43,546 nt of DNA from an uncultured Leptospiraceae bacterium (GCA_964501965.1 CAZCVM010000004.1:1-43546), one strand, 5' to 3'. Numbered from the stretch's first letter, positions 18,534-27,478 are shown. Program-made: numbers and translations. Notes: generated by a model not told the origin, from the letters alone.

Positions 18534-19598
18534 TTATTGGACTCTTTGACTGAGTGCTTGATATATCTGGCTAAGAATATCATCTAGGTCATATTGGTAG
18601 GCCCATTCAGGAAAGTGTTTTTGGAATTTTTGGACATCACTAATGTACCAGATATGGTCTCCAATCCGGTTGTCATCAGAGTATTCATAGTTCATTTTCT
18701 TTCCAGTTATTTGTTCGCACATAGTTATTGCTTCCTTCATGGAACAATTCGAATGCCGGCTGCCACCCGCATTGTAAACTTCACCGACCCTTGGTTGTTG
18801 AGAAAAATGATAGAGCATATTTACCAGGTCATAACTGTGTATATTGTCCCGTACTTGTTTTCCTTTGTAACCAAAAATGGTGTATTTGTCCCCGGTGATG
18901 GCGCATTTCATCAAATAAGCCAAAAAGCCATGCAAAGCTGTACCGGAATGTCCTGGGCCAGTTAAGCAGCCGCCGCGAAAAACACCTGTTTTCATTTGAA
19001 AATACCTGCCATATTCTTGGACCAAGACATCTGCCGCGACTTTGGAGGCACCAAAAAGAGAATGCTTGGTTTGATCAATAGACATGGATTCATCTATGCC
19101 ATAAGCAAAAAACTTGTGCGAATCATCGATCTCCCATCGATTTTCCAATTCTATAAGCGGCAGGTAGTTGGGGGTGTCTCCATAGACTTTGTTTGTTGAT
19201 GTAAATATAAATACTGCGTTGGAACAATGCTTTCTCGTCGCTTCCAATAAAACCAAAGTACCATTTGCGTTTACCGTAAAATCCATAAACGGGTCTTTGG
19301 CTGCCCAATCATGTGAGGGCTGTGCTGCAGCGTGAATGATGATTTGAATATCAGAGCTGTATTGGGCAAATAAAGCAAATATTTCTTTTTCATTTCGTAT
19401 ATCTAGGGCATAGTGTTTATAATTGGGAATCGTTTCTTCCAGTTGTTTGCGTTGCCAATCCGTGGAAGCTTCTGCGCCAAAAAATTGTTTGCGCATATCA
19501 TTGTCGATGCCAATAACTCGATATCCCTTAGAAGCAAAAAAACGGACTGATTCTGCGCCGATTAATCCGGCTGCGCCTGTGACTATGACTGTTTTCAT
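18534..19598 (-). CDS. NAD-dependent nucleotide-sugar epimerase/dehydratase (extended SDR, CDP-paratose 2-epimerase-like)
   Basis: [12 protein letters not shown], catalytic [10 protein letters not shown] (YxxxK position with F/Y context) and [16 protein letters not shown]. It is a paralog of the SDR at 16606-17673. GAAGGA lies 6 nt upstream of the ATG. Confidence 0.85.
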   Translation of the reverse strand: MKTVIVTGAAGLIGAESVRFFASKGYRVIGIDNDMRKQFFGAEASTDWQRKQLEETIPNYKHYALDIRNEKEIFALFAQYSSDIQIIIHAAAQPSHDWAAKDPFMDFTVNANGTLVLLEATRKHCSNAVFIFTSTNKVYGDTPNYLPLIELENRWEIDDSHKFFAYGIDESMSIDQTKHSLFGASKVAADVLVQEYGRYFQMKTGVFRGGCLTGPGHSGTALHGFLAYLMKCAITGDKYTIFGYKGKQVRDNIHSYDLVNMLYHFSQQPRVGEVYNAGGSRHSNCSMKEAITMCEQITGKKMNYEYSDDNRIGDHIWYISDVQKFQKHFPEWAYQYDLDDILSQIYQALSQRVQ

Positions 19599-19739
19599 AG
19601 ATTTCCTTCTATATTAATTAATAATAATTTGATTTGCGTTCCAAAGCAAAAGAAAAAAAATGGATCATAGTGCTGTCAAGATTAATATCGTGGCATTGCT
19701 AAAAAACAGCAGATAAAGACAGCTAGCCAAAGTACATTT

Positions 19740-20396
19740 TTGGGACTTGAATCCATTATGGTTGCCTCAAAAAATAAAATAATATTTCAGGTTGTCCGGC
19801 ATGAATCTTGTGTTTTTGATTTCAATTTGGCAGTGGCCATAAATCAAAATCATGTAGACCATATAGAATATATTGAAAAACAGTGTTTTGATTTTCCATG
19901 GACAAAGCGGCAAATCATCGATGAAATGAAATGTAGTTTTGCATTTTTGGTATACAAAGACGAGGTATATTTTTCTTGTCCTAGCAATGGTATTCTGCAG
20001 AACCATAGGAGCAAAATTGTCCAATCTAGCAAATACAGCCAATACGACGATTTTGACAATTGTAGCGAACATGCAGTATTAACAAGGGATTTTTTTTCTG
20101 GATGCGATGGTTATGGTTTTTTTAGAATATTTTTTGGGCAGTCACTCGGTGAAATCAATAAAATTGCAGTATCTCCGGAAAAACAAAAACAGGGCATAGC
20201 GACAAACATTTTGCAGGCAATGGAACAATTATTGCAAATATGGGAATTTCCAGGCAAGATAGAGTTGGAAGTAGCAGAAAAAAATGTCCCAGCAATAAAT
20301 TTTTACAAAAAAAATGGTTTTTTGTTTACAGCAAAAAGGAAGAATTATTATAAAAACGGTGATCATGCTCTCATTATGGAAAAACAATTTTCTTAG
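19740..20396 (+). CDS. GNAT N-acetyltransferase, RimI-like, with an internal insertion of about 50-60 aa
   Basis: RimI-type N-terminal motif (IEKQCFDFPWTKRQIIDEM) and acetyl-CoA motif (IAVSPEKQKQGIATNIL; ...INFYKKNGF). A Cys/Ser-rich insert separates them. The start could be TTG 19740 or ATG 19758. Confidence 0.7.
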   Translation: MGLESIMVASKNKIIFQVVRHESCVFDFNLAVAINQNHVDHIEYIEKQCFDFPWTKRQIIDEMKCSFAFLVYKDEVYFSCPSNGILQNHRSKIVQSSKYSQYDDFDNCSEHAVLTRDFFSGCDGYGFFRIFFGQSLGEINKIAVSPEKQKQGIATNILQAMEQLLQIWEFPGKIELEVAEKNVPAINFYKKNGFLFTAKRKNYYKNGDHALIMEKQFS

Positions 20397-20423
20397 CAGT
20401 ACAATTATTTGAGGTTTATAATT

Positions 20424-21662
20424 ATGAAATCATTTTCGATTTTTTTTGTGACCATTATTAGTTTATTTGCCTTTTTGCTATCTGCCCAAAAATCAACAAG
20501 CAAATCAGAAATCTCAACTATGTATCCGGTAGACTTGTCTCAAAGTGCTGTAAAGTCTTATCCGCTTTCGAGTTTTGCCAAACAAAGAAAATATTGGCCT
20601 ACGCGTGCGTGGCAGCAAAAAAAATTGGAATCTATCAAGGTTGATAAAAAACAATTTGATATATTTATTTCTTATGTTTTTCCGCAACAAACTATAAAAC
20701 AGCAAAAGAAAAGAAAAGGTATTCGCACCAATGGATTGGTAATTATTAAAAATGGGTATTTGGTTTATGAAAAATATTCTTCACCGTACCATAAAAACAA
20801 GCCGCATTTGCTTTGGTCTGTTAGCAAAAGTATCAGTAATGCCTTAATTGGTATTGCTTTGAAAGAAAAAAAACTGGGATTGAACGATTTGGCCTACAAA
20901 TATTATCCTGTTTTGGATAAAGAAGGAGGTTATCGAGATATCACAATAAATCACTTGATGCAGATGAGCTCAGGATTGTATTGGGATGAAGGTTATGAAA
21001 GCTCACCATTAAAGTCTTCTGTCATTGCCATGCTCTATACTCGCGGCACAAATAATATGGCGCAGTTTGCGGCTTCGCAAAAAATCGTTCACAAACCTGG
21101 AACGCATTGGTATTATTCAAGTGGAACTACAAATTTATTGATGGGTATCTTGAGAAAATGTGTTGCGGATGAATATGCCAATTATCCATGGCAAAAACTT
21201 TTTGATCCACTGGGTATGACAAATGTTACATTTGAAAAAGACGGTGCTGGAAATTTTGTTGGCTCATCATATATTTATATGACTCCTAGGGATCTGGCCA
21301 AATTTGGTTTTTTATTCTTGAATGATGGTATCTGGGAAAACAAACGCATTTTGCCCCAAAACTGGGTTCAATATTCAACCACAATGGCGTCAGGTTATAT
21401 TTTGTCTGCATCTAATGAGCGGGATTTTAAATCCAATTATGCGGCTCAATGGTATTTAAATCAGGGAATTGAATCCAAAAAAATTGATCGGCCTTGGCCG
21501 GATGCTCCGAAAGATACTTTTCATGCGAGCGGTCATTGGGGGCAATATTTGTTTGTGATTCCTTCCCGTGATATGGTCGTGGTTCGAGTTGGTGATGACC
21601 GTGATAAATCATTTGATAAAAATAAATTTTTAAGGCTGTTGTTGACCAGTTTTGATAAATAG
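20424..21662 (+). CDS. Secreted serine hydrolase of the beta-lactamase/transpeptidase-like (class C-related) superfamily
   Basis: Signal peptide; S-x-x-K motif (LWSVSKS); YSSG (Y-x-N position); HASGHWGQ (KTG-equivalent H-x-G box). ATG 20424 lies 9 nt after GAGG and is preferred to TTG 20409. Confidence 0.8.
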   Translation: MKSFSIFFVTIISLFAFLLSAQKSTSKSEISTMYPVDLSQSAVKSYPLSSFAKQRKYWPTRAWQQKKLESIKVDKKQFDIFISYVFPQQTIKQQKKRKGIRTNGLVIIKNGYLVYEKYSSPYHKNKPHLLWSVSKSISNALIGIALKEKKLGLNDLAYKYYPVLDKEGGYRDITINHLMQMSSGLYWDEGYESSPLKSSVIAMLYTRGTNNMAQFAASQKIVHKPGTHWYYSSGTTNLLMGILRKCVADEYANYPWQKLFDPLGMTNVTFEKDGAGNFVGSSYIYMTPRDLAKFGFLFLNDGIWENKRILPQNWVQYSTTMASGYILSASNERDFKSNYAAQWYLNQGIESKKIDRPWPDAPKDTFHASGHWGQYLFVIPSRDMVVVRVGDDRDKSFDKNKFLRLLLTSFDK

Positions 21663-21676
21663 AATAATGGAGCTTA

Positions 21677-22015
21677 TTGTTAATGAAAAAAAATATGAAA
21701 ATGTATATAAAAAAAATATTGCTGTATTTTTTGGGAGCTATAATGCTTTTTTTGTCCGTATTTACCTGGCTTCATTGGACTGATATGAAAAATTTTCCGC
21801 ATATTATTTCATCGTACTATGCTAAGGAGTTTTGTTCCTGTTTTTTTGTTGTTCAAAATCCTGAGGCTTATTGTCATAAATATGTCAAGCAATATGTCCC
21901 CATTTCTTCCTTTTCTTTGGATCAAAAGCAAAAAAAAGTAACCGTTTCTGGTTTGGGACAAACTCATTCTGCTGTATTCGTGGACAGAAAAAATGGTTGC
22001 GTACTTACAAAATAA
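21677..22015 (+). CDS. Small membrane-anchored Cys-rich hypothetical protein
   Basis: 112 aa with one N-terminal TM helix and four Cys (FCSCFFV, YCHKY, GCVL). It starts 14 nt downstream of the hydrolase gene, with GGAG upstream. Function is unknown. Confidence 0.5.
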   Translation: MLMKKNMKMYIKKILLYFLGAIMLFLSVFTWLHWTDMKNFPHIISSYYAKEFCSCFFVVQNPEAYCHKYVKQYVPISSFSLDQKQKKVTVSGLGQTHSAVFVDRKNGCVLTK

Positions 22016-22121
22016 ATGGCTGTTTATGATCGCAGTGTTGTTTGTTTCAATCTTTTCCTTCTGGGGAAAAATTATCTAAAAAACCATAACAGCCCGGGTA
22101 TAATACAGAATTTGGTTTTTT

Positions 22122-22901
22122 TTATGTCGACATGGGTTCATTTAAGGATTTGAAAAAATCATCCAAACCATGCAAACCGGTTTCTTCATAAACTTGCAAT
22201 AGTTTTGACCCAAATACCGCAATATCCACTTTGCCGCTCAAGAAATCAATATCTTCTTTGTTTTGTAAGCCAAATCCCAATGCTAATGGAAGGTTGGTCG
22301 CTTGACGGTATTGGTGAATGGTATTTTGTAAATTTTCATTGATTTGTGTTTTTATACCAGTAACACCTTTGCGGCCAACTCCATAGACAAAGCCGGAGCA
22401 GTGTCTTGCAATTTCTTCCAATCTGGCAGGTGTTGAAGTCGGAGTAAAAATAAATATGGGCGCAATATTATTTTCATGTGCTGCTGACTTATAATCAGCA
22501 GCTTCCTGTGGCGGAATATCCGGCGCAATACAGCCTTTTATGCTTAGGTTCGCGCATTGTTGAAAAAAATTTTTTATTCCATAAGAATATACAATGTTAT
22601 AATAGGTCATAAAAAGAAAATCAATTTGCGGCCATTTATTCGCAGCGTTTTGGGCAAAATCAAATGCTTGACCCAGTTGAAATCCAGCGGCAATGGATTG
22701 ATGGTTTGCTTTTGCTATGCGCGGCCCATCAGCAGTTGGTTCTGAAAACGGAATTTGCATTTCAATGATATCCACATTATTTGCAGCCATAATTTCTATT
22801 TGTTTCCAGTTTTCTTCAAAACTTGGATAGCCTAACACAATATGAGTCATAAGCAATATGGGCTTAGTTTCTTTTTTTTTCCATATATTTTTTTCAAGCA
22901 T
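22122..22901 (-). CDS. trpA: Tryptophan synthase alpha subunit
   Basis: IEMQIPFSEPTADGP and C-terminal GFGL...GS motifs. It overlaps the trpB stop by 8 nt. Confidence 0.9.
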   Translation of the reverse strand: MLEKNIWKKKETKPILLMTHIVLGYPSFEENWKQIEIMAANNVDIIEMQIPFSEPTADGPRIAKANHQSIAAGFQLGQAFDFAQNAANKWPQIDFLFMTYYNIVYSYGIKNFFQQCANLSIKGCIAPDIPPQEAADYKSAAHENNIAPIFIFTPTSTPARLEEIARHCSGFVYGVGRKGVTGIKTQINENLQNTIHQYRQATNLPLALGFGLQNKEDIDFLSGKVDIAVFGSKLLQVYEETGLHGLDDFFKSLNEPMST

Positions 22902-24126
22902 ATTGGGCTCCTTTTTGCGCTAAAAATTTTTGCCATGAAATATCCTGGAAAGCTTCCGCAATGGTAAAAATATCTTTATCACCGCGTCCTGATTGATTGA
23001 TCAGTATGATTTGGTTTTTATCAAATTTTTTATCGCGTATTTCATGAAATGCGCCGGCAAAAGCATGACCAGATTCGAGTGCCGGGATGATACCTTCTTT
23101 TAGCATAGTCAAGGTCAATGCATCTAAAACTTCCTGGTCAGTTGCCGCCATAAAGTGGACTTGTTTTTTTTCGTACAAATCCGCTAGAATTGGCGAAACA
23201 CCCACATAATCCAATCCAGCAGCAATAGAATGCGTTTGGTTCATTTGCCCTTCTTCATTTTGCAAAAAGTATGTTTTGTAGCCATGAGCAATGCCAATGC
23301 GCGCATCTATTCCTGATAGCCGTGATGCATGCTGTCCGGTTTGTAGTCCTTTACCTCCTGCTTCCACACCAATAAGCTTGACACCAGGCTGATCCAAAAA
23401 TCCAGCAAAAATTCCAAGAGCATTGGACCCTCCGCCGACACAAGCAAAAACCATATCCGGTGCTTTGCCAGTGATTTGTTGCATTTGTATTTTTGCTTCT
23501 TTGCCAATGATGGATTGAAAATGGAAAACCATTTCCGGAAACGGGTGAGGGCCGCACGCAGTACCCAATACATAATGCGTATCATCTGGATGAGTCACCC
23601 AGTCCCTAAATGCTTCATTAATAGCGTCCTTTAATGTCTGACTCCCGTCCTGCACGGCAATTACCTGGGCACCCATTTTTTCCATCCAAAAAACATTTGG
23701 TCTTTGCCTCTCCACATCTTTCGCTCCCATATAAATCGTGCATTCAAAACCCATTTTTGCGGCCATTATAGCTGTAGCTATACCGTGCTGACCAGCACCG
23801 GTTTCAGCGATGACTCTTTTTTTGTTCATTTGTTTGGCCAACAATCCTTGACCCAAAACATTGTTGATTTTGTGGGCACCGGTATGATTGAGATCTTCTC
23901 TCTTAATATAAATTTGCGGGCCACCAAAATACTCAGTCAGGTTTTTAGCAAAAGTGATTGGAGTGGGCCGATTGGAATAGGTCGCTAACAATTCAGTGTA
24001 TTTTTTCCAAAAATTTATATTATTTTTTATTTCCTGAAAAGCTTTTTTTAGAGATTCAAAATTGCTATGAAGTATTTCCGGAATAAATGACCCACCAAAT
24101 ATTCCATAGTATCCTTTGTCTGCCAT
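22894..24126 (-). CDS. trpB: Tryptophan synthase beta subunit
   Basis: REDLNHTGAHKINN (PLP lysine), AETGAGQHG, GGGSNA and GLDYVGVSP. Confidence 0.95.
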   Translation of the reverse strand: MADKGYYGIFGGSFIPEILHSNFESLKKAFQEIKNNINFWKKYTELLATYSNRPTPITFAKNLTEYFGGPQIYIKREDLNHTGAHKINNVLGQGLLAKQMNKKRVIAETGAGQHGIATAIMAAKMGFECTIYMGAKDVERQRPNVFWMEKMGAQVIAVQDGSQTLKDAINEAFRDWVTHPDDTHYVLGTACGPHPFPEMVFHFQSIIGKEAKIQMQQITGKAPDMVFACVGGGSNALGIFAGFLDQPGVKLIGVEAGGKGLQTGQHASRLSGIDARIGIAHGYKTYFLQNEEGQMNQTHSIAAGLDYVGVSPILADLYEKKQVHFMAATDQEVLDALTLTMLKEGIIPALESGHAFAGAFHEIRDKKFDKNQIILINQSGRGDKDIFTIAEAFQDISWQKFLAQKGAQYA

Positions 24127-24231
24127 ATTGTGACCGCCTTAAAACAAAATTAGAAAAATGAAAAATAATTGCTAGACCGGTAAAAGTTATCCTTTACAAT
24201 CTGATGCAGCAATATTCGATAGATAGTTTTT

Positions 24232-25341
24232 GTGAATATTTCCTTTTTGTGTCGTTTTATTGAAATAGGAGTGTTACGTAAATTGAATTTTTCTTTAAAT
24301 ACAAAATCAAATGAAAAATCCGCGACAAATAGCGAATCATTGCGAGCAACAGATATCGTAAATAAAATTGTAAGCGGAGACCGTCTTTGGCTTAGCAAAG
24401 CCATTACGATATTGGAAAGCGCAAATCATCGAGATAGAAAATTGGCAAATGAAATTTTGGACATGGTTTTGCCCTATTCAGGGAAATCATGGCGAATTGG
24501 TATCACGGGCGTACCGGGTGTGGGGAAAAGTACCTTTATTGATGCTCTGGGTCAGTTGATTTTATCTTTGGGCCATAAAATGGCTGTTCTCGCCATAGAC
24601 CCGTCTAGCCAAAAAACCGGAGGAAGTATTCTAGGGGACAAGACCCGGATGCACCACATTGCCAATCACAAAAATGTGTTTATCCGTCCATCGCCAGCAG
24701 CAAAAACATTGGGCGGCGTTGCCGCAAAAACTAGAGAAACAATTTTTTTGTTAGAAGCCGCCGGATTTGACATGATTGTTGTGGAAACGGTCGGAGTGGG
24801 ACAAAGTGAAATTTCCGTGCATTCAATGGTTGATTTTCTCATTTTGCTAGTTTTGACAGGTGCTGGAGATGAGGTGCAGGGCATGAAAAGAGGGATCATG
24901 GAAATAGCTGATGCAGTGGTCGTCAATAAGGCGGATAAAAGTCAGTATGCGGCGTGTCAAAAAATCCAAAAGCAATATGAACAATTTTTTCATTTTTTAC
25001 CGCATTTATCATTCTGGGTTGTGCCGGTTTTGTTGCATTCAACGCAAAATCCTGAATTGTGTCAGCAAATTTGGCAAAAAATTGAATCTTATATGTTATT
25101 ATCCCGAAAGCAGGGTTATTTTGAGAACAAACGTCAAGAGCAAAAATCATTTTGGCTCCAGGAAAATATTCGTTCTCAATTGGAAATTTTTTTTAGTAAA
25201 TCCGAAGCAGTTCAAAAGAAAAAATCTCAGTTGCAAAATCTTGTACAAGATTCTCAAATGAGTTCCAATCGAGCTGCGGAGTTGATTTTGCGAGAATTTA
25301 TAGGTGAGGTCAAAAGTGGACAAATCTCTATTGAAAGTTAA
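24232..25341 (+). CDS. meaB: MeaB/ArgK-type G3E metallochaperone GTPase
   Basis: P-loop GITGVPGVGKST, VETVGVGQSE and NKADK. The N-terminal boundary is uncertain: GTG 24232, GTG 24271 and TTG 24283 all follow or overlap AGGAG at 24267-24271. Confidence 0.8.
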   Translation: MNISFLCRFIEIGVLRKLNFSLNTKSNEKSATNSESLRATDIVNKIVSGDRLWLSKAITILESANHRDRKLANEILDMVLPYSGKSWRIGITGVPGVGKSTFIDALGQLILSLGHKMAVLAIDPSSQKTGGSILGDKTRMHHIANHKNVFIRPSPAAKTLGGVAAKTRETIFLLEAAGFDMIVVETVGVGQSEISVHSMVDFLILLVLTGAGDEVQGMKRGIMEIADAVVVNKADKSQYAACQKIQKQYEQFFHFLPHLSFWVVPVLLHSTQNPELCQQIWQKIESYMLLSRKQGYFENKRQEQKSFWLQENIRSQLEIFFSKSEAVQKKKSQLQNLVQDSQMSSNRAAELILREFIGEVKSGQISIES

Positions 25342-26383
25342 AAACCTTACAGTTCATTTTTCTCAACAAAAGGAATTGTTGCAGGCAGTACGTGGCATTT
25401 CTTTTGATATGCACAAGGGTGAGGTCTTGTGTTTGGTTGGCGAATCAGGCTGCGGTAAATCTTTGACTGCTTTGAGTATACTGAATTTGGTGGGTTTTCC
25501 GGGACAAAGCAAAGGCGAAGTTATTTTTGAAGACAAAGATTTGCTCCAGGCAGATGAAAAATATTTATCAAAAGTGCGAGGTGGCCGTATTGGCCTTGTA
25601 TTCCAAGAACCGATGGCTGCTCTCAACCCGGTCTTTACTATAGGAGATCAAATATTGGAGTCTTTGCTGCTGCATCGTTCTTTTTCAAAGAAACAAGCTC
25701 ATTCGGAAATGCGTCGTTTATTGGAATCTGTTGGCATTGGAGACGTACAAAGAAGGTTGTCCAGTTATCCGCATGAATTGTCCGGCGGAATGCTGCAAAG
25801 AATAATGATTGCCATTGCTTTGGCCGGAGAACCGGATATTTTGATTGCGGATGAGCCAACAACAGCATTAGATGTAACGATTCAGACACAAATTTTATCA
25901 TTATTAAAAACCATTGTGCGGGAAAAAAATGTGGGTCTATTGCTAATCACGCATGATTTTGGCGTGGTTGCGGAAATGGCACACCGGGTAGCTGTGATGT
26001 ATGCCGGTGAGATCGTTGAGATCGGTCCGGTCCGCCAGATTTTTGATACGCCAAGGCATCCATACACAAAAGGACTTTTTGATGCGCTGCCTCATACTAT
26101 GCGGCAGAAAAAGTTGGTTCATATTCCAGGTAGTGTACCAGATTTGTCCAATATGCCGGAAGGTTGCGCGTTTCATCCGCGTTGTCCTCGAAAACAGGTG
26201 AAATGTACGGATTTTTCCCCTGCCTTGGAGCAAGTAGACTATTCTCGCACCATGAACAATGTTTTGAATAAAAATATTTCAAAAAGTTTATCTAAAACCA
26301 ATGCAGAGGAAAAAAACTATAAAGAGTTAGAAAAAAGAAATGGACATGAAATAGCATGTTTCAATCCTTATATGGATTATTAG
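25304..26383 (+). CDS. Oligopeptide/dipeptide-type ABC transporter ATP-binding protein (OppD/DppD-like), orphan
   Basis: Walker A GESGCGKS, signature LSGGMLQR, Walker B ILIADEPTTALD, and a C-terminal oligo-type Cys motif CAFHPRCPRKQVKC...HEIAC. The start is GTG 25304 or GTG 25316, and it overlaps the meaB 3' end. No permease or binding-protein genes lie nearby. Confidence 0.85.
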   Translation: MRSKVDKSLLKVKNLTVHFSQQKELLQAVRGISFDMHKGEVLCLVGESGCGKSLTALSILNLVGFPGQSKGEVIFEDKDLLQADEKYLSKVRGGRIGLVFQEPMAALNPVFTIGDQILESLLLHRSFSKKQAHSEMRRLLESVGIGDVQRRLSSYPHELSGGMLQRIMIAIALAGEPDILIADEPTTALDVTIQTQILSLLKTIVREKNVGLLLITHDFGVVAEMAHRVAVMYAGEIVEIGPVRQIFDTPRHPYTKGLFDALPHTMRQKKLVHIPGSVPDLSNMPEGCAFHPRCPRKQVKCTDFSPALEQVDYSRTMNNVLNKNISKSLSKTNAEEKNYKELEKRNGHEIACFNPYMDY

Positions 26384-26416
26384 AATATTTCTATATTTGA
26401 ATAAAATAGGGTTAAC

Positions 26417-26779
26417 TTGGTGAAAGAAGAAAATTCTCAAGTAAATGATTTTGTAGAGGCAATTCCTCCTGAAGTTTCAGATGGAATCCAAGATTGGGCA
26501 TCCATTCTAAAAATGATCGGTCATCCACAGCGTCTTTCCATATTGTATACATTGTGCAAAAAGCCCAGTTCTGTAAAAGAATTGCAGGATTTGTTGCAAA
26601 TGCCGCAAAGCGTTTTGTCACAGCATCTGGGATTGTTGCGTCGCGCAAATTTAGTGAATAGAAAAAAAGATGGAACATTGGCAATTTATTCGATTGGACA
26701 AAACAGGGTTCGGTCTTTGATGGATACAATATGTCAGCTTCCGGCTGAAAATCGCAATAAATCAGAAATAGATTCATGA
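26417..26779 (+). CDS. ArsR/SmtB-family winged-helix transcriptional regulator
   Basis: ILKMIGHPQRLSILYTLCKKPSSVKELQDLLQMPQSVLSQHLGLLRRANLV..KDG....Y is the canonical ArsR HTH. The C-V-C metalloid site is absent. Confidence 0.8.
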   Translation: MVKEENSQVNDFVEAIPPEVSDGIQDWASILKMIGHPQRLSILYTLCKKPSSVKELQDLLQMPQSVLSQHLGLLRRANLVNRKKDGTLAIYSIGQNRVRSLMDTICQLPAENRNKSEIDS

Positions 26780-26815
26780 TTATCACAGTGAAAAAATATT
26801 TTGAGGAGTATATTT

Positions 26816-27478
26816 ATGATGGATATGGAACAAACAGATTTTTATGCTTTTTTGGAGTCATCCATTCAGAATGGACAAAATATTAAATTTATTCTAGATT
26901 CATTGTACAATGAATCCGAAAATCGTGTGGAGTTTGTCATAACAAAAATAATGGAACATTACCAGCGAGAAGATTTGATCACTACTGTATATACTTGCGT
27001 TAAAGAACTTGTTATTAATGGAATGAAAGCCAACGCGAAAAGAGTCTTTTTTGAAAAAAATAATCTTGATCCATACAATGAACAAGATTATAAAAAAGGT
27101 ATAAGTTTATTTCGCGACATTGTGCAAAAAGGTGAATTGGAAAATTATTTGCATGAGGCTAAGACTAAAGGCCTATATGTAGAAATTGATTTTGAACATG
27201 ATTCAGAACATACTTTTGTGCGTGTGATTAATAATGTGGAATTGACTGAAACAGAAAAAAGCCGAATTGAAACAAAAATGCATCAGGCAATGAAATATGA
27301 CGATATCGCCCAGTTTTATATGGATTCTGTAGACGATATGGCCGAGGAGGGAGCAGGTATGGGATTGACCATGATTATATTAATGATGAAAGGTCAGGAG
27401 CTATCCTTAGAAAGGTTTAAAATAACTACTCAAAATGATAAAAAAACCATTGCTACGTTAGATTTCCCCTTTTCTTAG
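26816..27478 (+). CDS. Hypothetical protein with a divergent GHKL (histidine-kinase-like/RsbW-like) ATPase fold
   Basis: N-box-like KELVINGMKANAKR. G2-box-like EEGAGMGLTMIILMM. The G1 position reads VRVINNVE instead of DxGxG. ATG 26816 lies 7 nt after GGAG (preferred to TTG 26801) and 36 nt downstream of the ArsR stop. Confidence 0.45.
   Translation: MMDMEQTDFYAFLESSIQNGQNIKFILDSLYNESENRVEFVITKIMEHYQREDLITTVYTCVKELVINGMKANAKRVFFEKNNLDPYNEQDYKKGISLFRDIVQKGELENYLHEAKTKGLYVEIDFEHDSEHTFVRVINNVELTETEKSRIETKMHQAMKYDDIAQFYMDSVDDMAEEGAGMGLTMIILMMKGQELSLERFKITTQNDKKTIATLDFPFS

Noticed and set aside
22872-22880. A T9/A9 homopolymer inside the trpA 5' region as a possible phase-variation tract.
   Set aside because: It encodes the lysine run WKKKE in a housekeeping biosynthetic gene. 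Comparable runs occur in many genes here, so it reflects composition bias. This also tempers the A10 finding at 904-913.
24150-24404. An 84-aa minus-strand ORF in the trpB-meaB divergent region, and a possible trp leader or T-box upstream of trpB (24127-24231).
   Set aside because: The ORF overlaps the meaB 5' region and has no RBS. I could not find a Trp-codon-rich leader peptide, T-box consensus, or terminator/antiterminator pair in the roughly 105-nt leader.
26412-26786. A 124-aa ORF exactly antisense to, and nearly co-terminal with, the ArsR gene.
   Set aside because: The plus-strand frame carries an unmistakable ArsR winged-helix motif and an SD-like AGGG before its start. The antisense frame has no recognisable motif or RBS. 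Long antisense ORFs are expected in AT-rich DNA when the sense strand avoids certain codons.
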